DNA of 62,987 nt, filler included, from Sluysia triapertura (GCA_046118255.1; 5 parts of 5 records of this genome joined end to end with filler, not necessarily neighbours in it); one strand, 5' to 3'; positions 38,950 through 53,600 are shown, numbered from the whole stretch's first letter. Numbers and translations: made by a program. The notes: generated from the sequence alone by a model not told the origin.

Positions 38950-39900
38950 CGGTTTCCTTAAATAAAAAGAACACAAATAAAATGCAAGTTTATCGTAAAA
39001 ATTAAAAATTACTTCAAATCTAAGTTCATCAACATAGCTGCAAGTTACGCTATTGTCCAAATCTTGGGTTTGAAATTTGCTGATTTGTAGAATCGATCCT
39101 GTTCTTTTGCAAAGACGTAAGCAGACCACAAAGGCGTTCTAAAAGTGCACCACCAACCACGTTGGGTACACCATTGTAGCTTATCTCCAAAACGTTATGA
39201 AAATAGTGGCAAGATGTGCCAAATTTGTCTACTTGGGACGGACACTGTGCCATACATTTCTGCATACGAACGGTACGATATGGATTTACAATAATACCCT
39301 TTGTAGGTTAACTCGATTGTTGCATCATATGTCGGTATTTGACTTATCCTTTGAAAATCGTATGCATTTTCTTCAAGCATAACAGGTGACAAACTAAAAC
39401 TAAGTCTTTTAGAAACATAATTAATGATAAATTCAAATAGGTTGATTTTATTAGTCTCATGATAAAAACGTTGTACTTCATTATCATTGTTGGATTTTAC
39501 ATTTGAAGTGTTTTGACTATACGTATAATTATTAAATATTGTCTTGAAGTTAACGTGTTCATAATTTTGATGATATACTTGTAATGAAATAACATTTTCG
39601 AATGACATTGATGAAATTTTATCTTAAGAGTTAGGTTGGAGCAATTTTGTTTTTGATACGGTAGAACATATTCAAGAACAAATCTACTGATTACAACATT
39701 ATGAGACATATGCGAACGATGTTGCCTTAATTCTTTGTACCAATTATTTAGAATTTTATGTGATATTTTTGGTGTAACATATAATAATTGAAAACATTCT
39801 TGACTGGCATCAATTTTTCTGATCATTTCTTTCACTTCAGTAACTGATCGATTTTGTAACATCATTTTTATTGAAGAAGTTGACTCGTGAACGTAAATGT
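38950..39900 (-). pseudogene. Unidentified frameshifted coding-like segment
   Basis: Overlapping ORFs 39865-39497, 39608-39195 and 39265-39050 chain across frame changes; no family recognised. Confidence 0.35.
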
Positions 39901-41807
39901 ATCAACTTTTAGCTTTATTAAACATTTTAATGCTTTTCGTAATTCTTCATATTCTTCATCAGCATTATTGGATTCGTTTAATTTTTCTTTACTCAATTTC
40001 GTTTACTCTTTAAACATTTTATAATACTAAATGGGAATATATATTATATCTGGATAATAATAAGATTGACTAAATGACTAAAATTGCTTTTTTGTCAAAT
40101 AAAACTTTCTAATTTTTACTGTTTTTTAATCTTTTGTCTGTGTTGAACAAATTATGTAGTAAAATCAATAATGATTGGGCGTCCAATAAAAATACAAATC
40201 CAACCAAACTAAAAGAATGGGTTTTACACAAAATAATTGCTGATTGTGTTTTGTACATAGTAACTGTATATGTGTTTGAATTGACTGTCCATGATGACAG
40301 TATAATGTGCATTGAAAGTTATACAGTTAAAACATGTCATTTAATGACAGGTATATAATTAAAAATTTTGTGTTAAATAATAATGANNNNNNNNNNNNNN
40401 NNNNNNNNNNNNNNNNNNNNNNNNNNNNNNNNNNNNNNNNNNNNNNNNNNNNNNNNNNNNNNNNNNNNNNNNNNNNNNNNNNNNNNNNNNNNNNNNNNNN
40501 NNNNNNNNNNNNNNNNNNNNNNNNNNNNAAATTCTTCTTTACCTTACACGATTTTTTGAATAACAAAGAAATAATTATACAAAAACGCGTGAATTTCTTT
40601 AATTTCTTTTCTTTTCTTTAAAAGTTTCGGTGATGACGAAGAAAAGAAATGTGAAAAGGACTAATAAAAGAATGTTTAAAGGAAATAATACATAACTAAA
40701 GATATTAAAGAAATTCCATTTTGATTGCAGCATTTAAAATGATTTTGAAATGTGAACTTAATTTTTTTCAATAATGTTAGTGATTGAGTGTTGAATGATT
40801 GTGAACTTGAAATGTTTTGGATTTAAAAAAATTTGTACGTTTGAATAAGATTTTAATATTATGAACTTTGAATTTAAAATGTTTGAAAGTATTGACAATT
40901 TTAAAGAATCCTAAAAAATGAATTATTAAATATTCTGAAGAGTGATTTCTATGTGTAATGTTAAATTAAAATTTTAAGAGGTTGGCCACCAGAGAAACTA
41001 TTATATGAAATCATATCGACTTCCACAGGTGTAGGATAAGATTAATTAAAACGTAGAGCGAGAAATAATAAATTACATTGTGAAAAATTAGCACCGAAAT
41101 TGTTAATATCAATTCTAGTTTTCCTTGCCAGCCAAACAAGTAGAAGTTAATATATTTTCAGATAACACATACGTACTGAATGACTTAAGTGACTGAAATT
41201 AAACTTAATAAAATTTTATCAGAAATATGTTAACTTCAAAAATTGTTTTCTTTTGTTGTAATTTGTAAAGGGACCCAGAAAATCATCGTTATAGGTTTCC
41301 GAAACCTTAATATTAACACCAATAATCTAAACAATTCCCATTTGAAACAAAATAGGAGAACCCATAAACTGTATTATAATAAGGTAATTCGCTAAATACT
41401 TAAGCAATTTTTTGATTTCAAGAACATTCTTCTTCATTACAGTTTTTTGAACATAAAATACATGATAGTCATGGGTCAGTATCACATCTTATGATGAATG
41501 CGTTTGTCTAAACAACATCGTTTGTGTTTCGATTCTTCAAAAGTATCCTTAATCTATCAAAATATTATTAAGAAAATACAGATAAACTTAATAAAGTCCT
41601 AAATATAAATGATATTTTCTATTTTCTAATGTTTATTGTTTTTATAAGCTATAAAATAAATATGAACATACATATTTATAAACAGTTATATTTACATTTA
41701 TTAAATATAAATTAATTTAAATTATAAATATAGATTAATAAGCTATTCAATATATTTGTATAACTTACCAATTTTATTAATTTTTTATATACACTATATT
41801 CACTAAC

Positions 41808-44800
41808 CGATAATATGTTCCGAAGAAATTAAGCGGTGTATTTAATTGAATTATGTAAGTACAGTAGAGCACAAAATCTCCGACAGTAAAATGTTCATTT
41901 ATCACGATATAATGTGCGCATAAAAGTGCACCGCCCATAAACCCAACATTTATAATTAAATTTTGAACGAAATTCAATAAATTCAAAGAAGTTTGAGTTA
42001 ACCAATCCGATTTCTGATATTGAACAATAGCATCGCGATATGATTTTACTTCGTAATTTTCAGCCCCATAATACTTTACTGTTTCGAAATTTAACAAACT
42101 GTCCACTGCTCTTGCATTTTTTGCATTATCTAGTAGATTCATTTTCCTGAAGAAAAATGAAAATTAATTGATATCACAAATATTTTAAAGTTAATGTACA
42201 AGGTCTTAATAAACTCATAAAAAGTAATGTAAACATATATAATTTTTTGTTTCCAGTAACACAATTATAAATTGAGGTTTAAGAAAATAACTATTTAGAA
42301 GTGCTTTAATCATTTTATTTTATTGCCATGAAGATGAAACAAAAAAGTAAGCTATAAGCTGACGATTTTAGTGGCGAGGACATGAAAAATGATTGATAAT
42401 GACATGGGAGAGAGTGCTGAAATTTTAAGATGAGCTTTTTCAACAAATTCCAATTCGTAGAAAGAAAGCATAGTACCTCTATCCTTTTATCTAAAAAAGA
42501 TATTCTAAAAAGTAAAAATAAATATAAATGATAAACAAGGGTGCCTTTTCTACGCAAAATTACTACTAGGAATATAATAAAATCGATACCTGGATCAAAA
42601 GGTAAAGAAAGAATAGTTAGTAATTCTCCATAAGCTTGGGTTTTATGTTCTGACAATGAAATATTAAATAAAATTGCAACTTATACGCACCAAGAAATTG
42701 TGCTGAGTAATTATTTGCAGAGAATTTCTTGATTAAAAGATATAACAATTATCGAACTCAAGGAATACATTGGCTTATTATATATTACATAAAAGTGGAA
42801 TTTCTATGAAGTTTCCGAGGTTGCAACATTTACTGTGGTATAATGCCTCTTAAAATATTTGAACGTATAAGAAATTGCTTATGATTTGATGACCGTTTAA
42901 GAAGAGAGGCTTGCAAAATTACAGATCCATTCACTCATAAAAGATCACTATGGAAACAATTTTTATTCAACACTGCGAGAACTATTAAAGAGTGTCTTGT
43001 GAATACACAATTGATAAACAACTATTAGGTTTCCGGAGCAAATGTAAGTTTAGAATGTATTATTCCCAACAAACCGGACAAATATGGAATTAAATTGGTG
43101 CTTATGTGCAATTCAAATTCATATTATCTTGTTTCTCGTATTCCATACATTGGAAAGACAATCGAAGTTAATCAACGTAACCAATTCTACAATAACTGTG
43201 GACAATTGGTTTATATCAGTATCACTTGTATCAAAAATGCTTAAGAAATATAATTCGACTATAGTTGGTACGCTGAGATATAATAAGCGAGAAACTCCGT
43301 AACAGTTACTGATAGCTAAAAAATCGTTCGGAGTTGTCTATCTTCCTTTGTAACACACACGATAAAATTCAGCTTACTGGTTTTGTAACTAAAACAGGAA
43401 AAACTGTCCTTATTTTATCAAGCACACATGATCGCTAAAACTAAAAAACTAGAGCTTATACAATACTGCAACTCGATAAATAAAAAATTGATATATTTGA
43501 TCAACTATGCAAAAACTACTCCATTAGTCAAAGTACCCGAAGATGGTCTTCGACAGTATTTTATGGACTACTGGTGCAGAACGAAATACCGCAAATTGTA
43601 TCGAAAACATTACCAGACAAGATTACCTGTTAGAATTAAGATTTTCTCTTATCGAACTATTAAAATATACCAAGTTAATTTGTAAGACACTGCAATATTA
43701 TTTGCAATAATTGTAAAAAATTAATTTCATAATTTTCATGAAATATGTAATTTTTATACTATATCAAATGTCATCTACATGTCTTTACTGGGGTTTTTTT
43801 AGATGGCATCTCTTAAATAAATTAACTAAATAAATTAAATAAGTAAACTAAATAATCAACACGATAAAAAATTCTTTCTTCATACTGATATTTATAAATG
43901 ATTCTTACTGTTTGCTGTGATATGCAGCTTAAATGAAATTTTTAATGTTCGTGTTAATAAATATTTTTTTTAAATAGTGATATTACTGGCACATACCTTG
44001 TACAGCAACTGTAGCTGTTTAAAATATACTCGGAACTTTTTGAATTAGTAATAATTAACATGATTCAACTTTATTACTAAATTATTTTGTTTATCGTGTT
44101 TTTTATTTTACTGTTCATGGATTGGTTTATTTATAAAAATACATTTTATAATAGTTATATTTTAAATCAATTTCTAATAATATAATAAATAGCCTTCGAT
44201 ATTTCGTGCGCCATTCTGTTATTACAACTGTAGCCAATAAATATAATATCATAGTTCCCATGACTAGTAATGCAAAAAATCCATTGAAAGCAGATGCAAA
44301 ATAAACAGTACCGATGATAATATCGGCAATTGTAGGAGCAATGTTAAATAGGACATAACTGAGAAGAGATTGTAAAGATTCCGTACCGCGGTCCATTATT
44401 CGAAGAACTTCGCCAGTTTTTTTAGAAAGATGCCATTTTAAGCTCAACGAATGCAAGTGAGCAAATAAATTAACACCCATTCGGCGACTACTGTATTGTT
44501 GAACTGTTATCCATAATTGTGCACGAATGCCATTTAGAATACCTTAAAAAGTAATTTTTACGTCAAATAATAATTAAAAACAAGGATATTTGTAATATTA
44601 ATTTTTGACGGTATTAATAATTGTGGTGGCTCAATTTATAAACTTATAATTTTATAATACAAGTCACACCAGAACACGCAAAATCATTTCATTTAAACAT
44701 ATCACGATTCTTTCCACTATTCATAATCTTTCTGCTCTTATACATTTCTATATCATTTTATATTCTTATTAATACATTCTACTGTACTGCTTTTATAATC

Positions 44801-47800
44801 TCATATTTCAGAACCTTTAAAATATGCATTTAAAGTTATCTTGAAATTGTTAGAGCATATCAGTTTCGGTTATTTCATTTTAATAAGTAATCAAAATTTA
44901 TGCTAATTTTAATATACTAAATTCTAACATTAATTTACATTGTAAAATATACTGTATTTTTATGAAAAGTTATGATTTCAATATGTTTATCACTAGTAAT
45001 ATAAATGAAGAAAACAATTATTGCTCTTTATGTTTCTCTACAGATAATTTGAATTGAGTAATAACAAATCAGGAATACCATGTATTGTTAAATGAATGGG
45101 AAGGCCTATAGACTGTCGAGAATATACATTTATGTATAACAGTTTATCTTATAAATATTCAAACACTATCAATTTTAAACATATTATTAAGAGAAGCGCT
45201 GTATATTATCGTAACTCAGTATCTCAAGTCGGTAAATTTTTCAATCAAATTATCCAATCAAATTTCCCAACCGATAATTGCTCTTTCAAAGAGTGAAATA
45301 TTGAATTTTATCGATAAGAAATGCTTCTCATAAAATAAACGAAGATACTGATAAACAAAAGAGCTTAAAAATAAAATGAAGTTAGCTACAGAATGTATAA
45401 ATTTCAAAATTACATTTTAAAAATAATATTAATTGATAAACAAAGTTGTGGACAAATTTTGTCATTTCAGTTGCTAAGCGAAGAAATTCGTGATCCAAAT
45501 TACTCAAATTACTCATGCAAGTTTCATTGTAACAGCTTATAGTAACCAACCATGGTATCTCTGATGTCATAGTCCTCGCCTTTTCAACTTCCTCATATGT
45601 AAACGATTAGTATACATTTTGTATTTCGTTTTTTGATAAAATATTTAGACATGATGCTTTTTATTTTAGTAAGAACTTAGATTGTTTAAATTTTTATGTT
45701 AATTATTGCAGAGTTGATCATGTTCCGGAAATTTTAAATTTAACATCACTGGCTTAAAAAAGAAATTCATGAGTAATTATAAATTAAATAGAATCTTTAA
45801 ATTAATCATATTGTTATAATGTATTAATGTTAAATGATTTTGGTAAGATAAAGTATTAAATAATTGGAAATATTAAATAATTTGTACAAATGGTTATTAT
45901 TATTATTCAAAAATGGTTATTAAAACGTATTAGTTTAAATTATATTACTAAAAATTATTATTATTATTTGTAAATTATTATATAGTAGTGGCTCTGTTTT
46001 ATTTTACGCAGATCTTGCTAGTCGTGGTCTTGATGTACCACATATTAACTGGTATATTCAATTCGATGTGCCAATACATATGAATATATTTATATAGTAG
46101 GGCGTACGGCCAGAGCTGGTAAGTCTAGTAATTCAATGCTTTTCGTTCGTTTACCACACGATGAGAACTCTATCAATTACCTTCATGACTGTCGAGAAAT
46201 AATTATTTCGGTTGCGATTTATTAGAAAAATTCTAATCACCAATTGAAGATACATTCCAGTCGAAGTCGTGACTTGTTGGTTTTTTGTTACACTCATTTT
46301 TATTATTTGTTATTGGACCAAACATGACGATTTAAATTACATATTTTGTTTTTTCTGCTGCATAAGTGTAGCTTTAAAGTTTTCAATGAAAATTTTGTAA
46401 ATTGCAATTTTCAAATGAATTTTACGTTAAACAATATAATCAAGGACCTTAATGTTGGGATGGTTTTGGTTGGAATAAAGTTATTAAAATAGTAAATCCA
46501 AACTTGTTACAATTAAATAACTTTATAATCTCTTTAGACTTATTAAATTTTAATTGTACTTGAAAAATATATTGAATAGAAATGTTATCTTTATGAATAA
46601 AATTACTTTCTAAATTTTTAATTAACAAAAAATTGGAAAAATAACAGCTAAAACTATTTATTAAAGACACATCTAGAGTTTGGGATAAAAATTATTTTTT
46701 TCTTGAATACACCTCCAAATCCTAAAAGAATATGAATCGTATAAATATGTAATTGATAAAAATAAATTAAATTAAAACTTAGCATTACGTTCAGGTCCTG
46801 CAAAGTCTTGAAGTGTACTATTAATGAGCCAAAGTCCGATACCAAGACGCTGATTCTGAAAATATGATCATTAAGTTCGAATGGTGAGCTAAAGAGATTA
46901 TTAGTTTCAAAAATATCATGACTGTAGATATAGTCCTCGACATATCTGGAACACTTTCCGCTTTGTGTTTTTGCATAAATACAAGCCGCATTTATAATAT
47001 CGAGATCGAAGATAAATTTAGGAGTTTTTATGTGATAACATCTTGTCAACGTAATGTTTTGAGTTTACTGCATTTGAACTAACTCTAGACATATCTTTTG
47101 TTGCTTGAGCAACTTTACTTGTGATAAAAAGTGAATCGACGTCGATAAGAAAATGTAAATGATTGTATTTTGTGGTTAATAAAATTTTCAACAAAATATG
47201 ATCCAAGATTTGATATTTAAATAACATAGTTTCAATAATTGGTACATCATGATTGAATAGTTTTAAAATTTGAATAAAATTCATCATTGCAGTATTAACC
47301 GTTAAATATCCTCTACCGGAAGCCATACGCATCATTCTTGCGTCTAAAATAAATTTTGATATAAATTGTTCTAAAATTGTAGCATGCACTTGAAGCTCAT
47401 TGATGGTTATTCCAAAATCAATAAATAATGGCGAATGTCGATAAGGATGACTTTGTATAAAGTATTTTCGATTAATTCATAATATAACTCCAACACCTTT
47501 ATCAAATTTGGTATATTTTGGATCTTTTTGATACTTCACAATTGTTACATATTATGAAAATACAATATAGAAGGAAAAAGTTAAATGCAAAATGTATTCA
47601 ACTGAAATTGATTTTCTTAATTAATGTCCGTAAAATAAAACTGTTCAATTTTTATTAATTATTAGGCTAATGAATCTTTTATTTTTTTTGTGCTATGCTT
47701 TTTTATTACTAACTTTTTAAAACATCTAAATCAGTTTAGCTTAATTTTCTTGTGATCAACATAGTGTGATCCAATAAAGTCATTTTAATTGGATGATTAT

Positions 47801-50730
47801 TATATGCAAGTAGATATACACACTTTAGAATTAATATAAACATGTATGCAGAGCCTGTTGATTGGTCACTCAATCAAAATGCAACATCATAATTGAATTT
47901 GACTGAGTGTCCAATCACAAATACAATGCCGATATGGAATTTCAATTTGTACAATGTCACCACTAAACTTATAACTGGCAAAAATGATAATTAAAAATGG
48001 TGACAAGTAATTATAATTTGGTTAGATAGGTAGTTACTATGATTGTTTTAGTTTTATCTACTATTGATAAAAGTAATTATAATGGTGAGTAAAATAAAAT
48101 AATAAAATTGATAAATAATTAAAAACATAAATTCTGTATTTCTTTTATTGTAAATATGAACTTTCTTTTGCTTTATTTACTATTTGCTTAACATATTAAA
48201 ATTTCTTAAAAATAATTGAAATTAAAATTCTTTTAGCTTAATACCTCTGAGAAAAGTTATTTCTAGTTCTATTCTTTGTTGATTATATGGATAATTCATT
48301 TCTTTCTTCGAATGGTTCTGAAATATTGGTTATTACAAGGATATAAGTTTTGGAAGAGTTAATAAGAAATGTTTGAAAGTGATCGATACGAAAATGTTTA
48401 AGGAATGTTGTTTCGATTGCAATGTCTAAAATGGTTTCAATAGTATTAGGGATTGAATGGTGAGGATTATGAATTTGAATTGTTTTAAATTGTTTTGAAG
48501 ATGTTTGTTCGTTAATTTAGTATGCGATTGTGATTCTAATGTTATAAAATATGAAAAGGTTTAGATGTAAGAGTATTTAAAATGATATGAAATTTTATGT
48601 TTGACATGTTTGATGGTATTAAGCATTGTGAAATGTTGTGAAGAATGGTTTTGTTATGTCAAAAATAAAATAAAATTAGTTAAAGTAATAGGTTGGCTCT
48701 TTCTAAATTAAATATTTATATTTCTCTAAATTTTTGTCATTCCATTAATATAAATAAAACAACTGCCCATCGGCCATCACAACTAGAATTCAAATCAATG
48801 ACAGTAATTTATAAATGCATACAGTACGGAAGTCCTGAATATCTTTTAGAAATAATAAAAATTTGGAAACCAAGATGAATTTTTCATCTATACAGAATCC
48901 GTAGTGATAACAAACTAGTTGATAGATTATGTACAGTTTGTTTCAAACCAGCTACCAGAGAATGTCAAATTACTGGAAGATTATGAAATATTTAAGAAAA
49001 ATGCAACGTTATTTCTGTTTCAGAAATATGAATGATTTACTTTAAGCGCTTTTGAGTATTTATTTTGCAGTAGACACGTGGGCAATATAAATCTTATATT
49101 TCTTATTTCTAATAAAATAGCACCAAATTGAGTTGACAAGATATTTTTCATGTCATTTGAACTTGTAAATTACATATTCTAAAAAGTACATTTCGTATGT
49201 TTCATCTTTCACAAATGAATTGATTAGATTATCTAATTCTCTAGCTAATGTACCCGTATCGGGCTGTGATATACCGAACAATTTAGTATTGTTTTATCAA
49301 CTTGCATGATACGAAAGTAATATTTATATTTATATTCAAATTTTTTAGTGAGAAGCATGGGCAGAAAAATTTCCTACTGCATACGTGCCACTTTTATTTT
49401 TGAAAGATGCCGTTGTTGTAGATAGTTGTTGATGTTTGAAGAAGTGAAAATCATGTGATATAAGTTGTTTAGTTGCATAATCGTAGAAATGTGTTTGGGT
49501 TTTAATTATTGTATATGAATTGTTGATACGTTTTGATTGTTATATTATTGTGGAGTTGAACTTACCATACATGTAGAAACAAACGAATGGCCATCCTTAT
49601 TGAATATTCAAGTAAAATGCACTCACAAAAATATAAAAAATAATAACCTCCACTTCCAAATCCGATTCCTTGTAAAATTCGTAAGCCTGTAAAAATAAGC
49701 ACCAAATCCCATCGGAAAACTAAACCGGATGCACTAGCATTAATTTTATTCACTTTAATCAAAAGTGCTCCCAACAACGATGATTGTGAATATGTATTAT
49801 AAAGACTTGCGTTTGGATGTTTAGAAGATACCGTCAAACTATCCACAACGTATTTGTACGTTATCGGTATATAAAGATTTGCAATTCGACCCAATATTAA
49901 CAAGAAAATGCACAAAATTATCTAAATTTAATAATGTATAAATCGGTTAGAAATATTTTAAACCTTAAATTGCAAAAAGTAACTTTCCTTCGGCCAAGTA
50001 GCATCAAAAACCACTTGAAATTTAATTTTCCATTTGTCCCATGTAGATTCTTCATTTGCTGATATTTCTTCTTCTCCAATTATATTAACCGATGATAATC
50101 TCTCAAAACGATGTGCAAGTTTTAATCCTGGAGAATTTAATCCAATTATAATAATGAAAAAAGATAATGAATATCGAATGCCCCAAATTATCAGTTCAAT
50201 TATATCAGATTTACTAAATAAAAATTAATCAAAAAAATTATACAATAGGCAAACTTTCTATTTAACCACCACCAACAAGGACTTTCCAAACTTGATAATG
50301 GTAAATTCAACTGCACAAATTTTAACAACCAAAACCCATTAAGAGCAAAACTATGCCTGTTACTTTTTGAGAATTTTCTTTCTTGACAAATAAAAATAAC
50401 TGCGAAACTTTCTGATAATACATTATTTATAAACATCAAAATCATATAGCCAAAAATTGTTTTTTCATATAAGTAAACACCTTGAAAAACCAACCGCACT
50501 ATATTCGTTAAAACTAAAAGTATCATAAATAAAAGTTGAAAACTATAAAAAATTGATTTGATTCTCGTAGCATGACATTCCCTTTTATTTAAAAAATACA
50601 ATATTGGTACACCTGTCAATAACAAATAACCTAAACAAACAGACGAAGATACTGTCTCTAAAAAACATTGACTTATACCACCTTTAACCCAAATTTTATG
50701 AAGAGATTCATTTTGAGAACAGTAAAACAT
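41808..50730 (-). CDS. ABCB6: ABC transporter subfamily B member 6 (HMT1-like); TMD0 and ABC membrane domain, NBD exons not found
   Basis: Exons 50730-50255, 50213-49964, 49921-49648, 44542-44194, 42146-41808. Motifs MFYC..WVKGGISQCF, LWITVQQYSSR, HLHSLSLKWHLSKKTGEVLRIMDRGT, TEWRTKYRR, AVDSLLNFETVKYY, PLNFFGTYYR. Confidence 0.95.
42650..43760 (+). mobile_element. piggyBac (PGBD-like) transposase remnant inside an ABCB6 intron
   Basis: TIDKQLLGFRSKCKFRMY/IPNKPDKYGIK, ITVDNWFISVSL, TIVGTLRYNKRETP; several frameshifts and stops. Confidence 0.88.
46011..46200 (+). pseudogene. DEAD-box RNA helicase C-terminal fragment (motifs V-VI), frameshifted
   Basis: DLASRGLDVPHINWYIQFDVP..(frameshift, HR lost)..VGRTARAGKS. 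It is isolated within an ABCB6 intron on the opposite strand. Confidence 0.8.
46650..47540 (-). pseudogene. Unidentified frameshifted coding-like segment in an ABCB6 intron
   Basis: ORFs 47389-47018 and 47049-46654 overlap in different frames; upstream there is an in-frame stop. No family recognised. Confidence 0.35.
48760..49100 (+). mobile_element. L2/CR1-like LINE 3' remnant
   Basis: LEFKSMTVIYKCIQYGSPEYLLEII; nucleotide match to 37800-38010 (ccagctaccagagaatg.caaatt.ctggaagattatgaaata). Confidence 0.75.
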
Positions 50731-52349
50731 TATTTAATAAATAATGAATAAATAAATAAATAATTCGCCAAAATAAATTAAATGAAATTAATAAACACAA
50801 AGTAAAATATATTTTTTATAATTTTTGTTTTTAATACTGATTGCATAAATTCTAAAACGATAAAATCATATATAAATAACAAATGGTTGAATTTTAAAAT
50901 TATTTTAATGAATTTATTTTAAGTAATAGCCAAATAAAACAATTAAATAGTAACTGACAACAATAACATAACTTTATATTATAAAACAAAAAAATTAAAA
51001 TTTTTTAGTAAATTGCTTTTATTTCAAACTAAAGTTCTGTATGTTACACTAAATTATATATTTCATTAAATGTATAATTTAAAAATGAAAACGGTAGAGC
51101 AAATAATGTTCACTGTTTTACTTGCAAATCTAAACTTTATTGCAAATTAGATAAACACAGAATCTAGCAAATTACATAAACTCAATTTATTAAATAAATT
51201 AAGAAAAATATTATTTGATATGTTTCATATTGCAATTATTAAATACTATTTGAAATTATTTGAATGGTCGTGTTGCTAGTATAGCTTCTGATAAGAATGT
51301 TTAAATTTTAATTATACGGAACGGAATGATTGCATATTGTTAATATAATAATAATTACTATTGTGCCAGGGCTGCAACCTAGAAGCAATGTAATAATATT
51401 AATATATACAAATAATAATAATCTAATGGTAAAATAACTAATTAAATTAAAACATAATAATAAATATTTTATTTTTTATAACAAAGAAGAATCTTTATAT
51501 TAAATTAGTAAAACACTAAAAAAAGTATAAAAAACCTAACTTGACATTTAATTTGCATATATAATTCTTTTTTAAATTTTATATTGTAATTCTTTTATTT
51601 AGAAAATAAATTCAAAAATACAAATACATAAAGCACAATGACATATTCATACACTAAAATAATCACAAATATAACACCATTTTATAATGTCATAGATAAT
51701 TTTGTGGTAATAGTACTGTAGTGTGCAACTCATACATAAATTCCTTATACAGTCTGCCACAAACTTTCACCACACATTATACCAACATATAATAATATAA
51801 TTAAAATAAAATATTTCTTNNNNNNNNNNNNNNNNNNNNNNNNNNNNNNNNNNNNNNNNNNNNTTAATTAATTAANNNNNNNNNNNNNNNNNNNNNNNNN
51901 NNNNNNNNNNNNNNNNNNNTGAGTTGTTGAGATATTATAAATGTGGAGTGTTGTTTATGATGATTGAGTTTATGTAGTTCAATAGTAAGAAGTGTGATTG
52001 TTTTGGAAATTATATTTTAGTGAAATTTTGAGTTATGGATATTAAGTTTAATATTTTAATAAATTTTAAGTTGTGAGCTTTGACCACTACACAACTCCAA
52101 GGTGTTCTTCGGTTTGAAAATGATTATTAACATTTAGTTGTTCAGTATTCTTGCTCTAAAAATATTTAATTATATTTATTATCATATTTCAGATATTTTA
52201 TATCATTTTTTTCTTGTATGTATTAAATTTTCTTACATTCTAACCTACTTTCTATGCACTAACTGGGTAATCCCAGCATTTTCTACTTTTTGCTATTTGT
52301 AATATAATATATACTGCACTGACATTCTGTAATCGATATTAAATTTATT

Positions 52350-53600
52350 GCCTTAATCCTTTATTAATTTTTCATAATTTTCGAAAACATCAATAAATAT
52401 TCAACATTATATATTTGACTTATACAGTTTTAAAGTCTTAAAATCTAACAATTTATTTATCAAAACGATTATATTTTTAATAGATTCTGTTGAAGAAGAT
52501 TGAACATAAACTACAAAAACTAATATTGCTTAAATAGCAGATCTCTAACTAACACTTCATTAAAATAAAAATCGAAATTAATCTCTCTCTAAGACGGAAC
52601 TCCAGCATTGCGTTGCAATTAAGTAATATAATTTACTTAGTTATAAACTCATAAACTCTATCGTATTCTCTTTGAAAAGCCGATTCTAGAATAGGGTCGT
52701 AAAATCATTTACTTTCTTATTCTTTTTAATTAGAATCTTATATAAACTAAGTATGCTAATCTCGTAAAAGCGAAAATTTAATTAATTGCCAAAACCTTTA
52801 GCTTTATAAATCTACTACTTAAATCATAGTTTTTTCCCCTCATTGTAAGAATTAATTTTTAAACTCGATTAATATTGATGAATTTATTAAATATCCACTC
52901 TTATCACGATTTCAGCTAATAAAGTAAAATTATTATTAAAGCTAAAAGACCTTTATGTATTTTTCTTTTAAGTCAAATTAATAATAATTATTCTTATTAT
53001 TTTAAATACTACGGACGAGCCCTTAATTACGTAAGTGGAGACACACCTTTAAAATAATTCATTATTGCGTGCAGATACCTTCAATATAAAATACACACTT
53101 ACCAATAAATGAATTTTTTATTGTGAGTTCGCCTACAGTCCTAGACTTGCGAGTGAGGGCTAGTTTGTAGATTGTAAGATTTTAAAATAACTTATCACTC
53201 AAACCTAAGATAGGGAATATACTATAGTTATCTCCAATTAATGAGAAATAGTTGACTTACAAATTTTAGTAAAATAGTTTAATTTCGCTTTAAAGCGAGG
53301 TTAGTTTCCAATTAAAAAGAACCTATAAGATAAATGAATATACAACGAATTCTAGAATCGGCTTTAGAAATAAAATCGATATAAGTTAATAACCGATATA
53401 AGCTATATAAGTTAATAATTTATTGGGCATAATTATTGTCTACTAAACTTCCTCTAAAAAAGCGAAATTAATCTTAAAATTTTTCTTTGATCATGTAATC
53501 ATTATACTTTTATAACGATATAAAATCGGTTATTGACTAAGAAACGATTGAAATTATAAACTTTGCAATTATGAAAATTAATAACTATCTTGATTTAAAA
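52350..53600. repeat. Diverged long inverted repeat (fold-back element)
   Basis: 52661-52785 (aaagccgattctagaat..ttctttttaattagaa..ctcgtaaaagcgaaa) mirrors 53280-53385; weaker matches extend outward. Confidence 0.6.

Noticed and set aside
36170-41807. ABCB6 nucleotide-binding-domain exons
   Set aside because: No Walker A or LSGGE coding sequence recognised; a gap at 40387-40528 intervenes.
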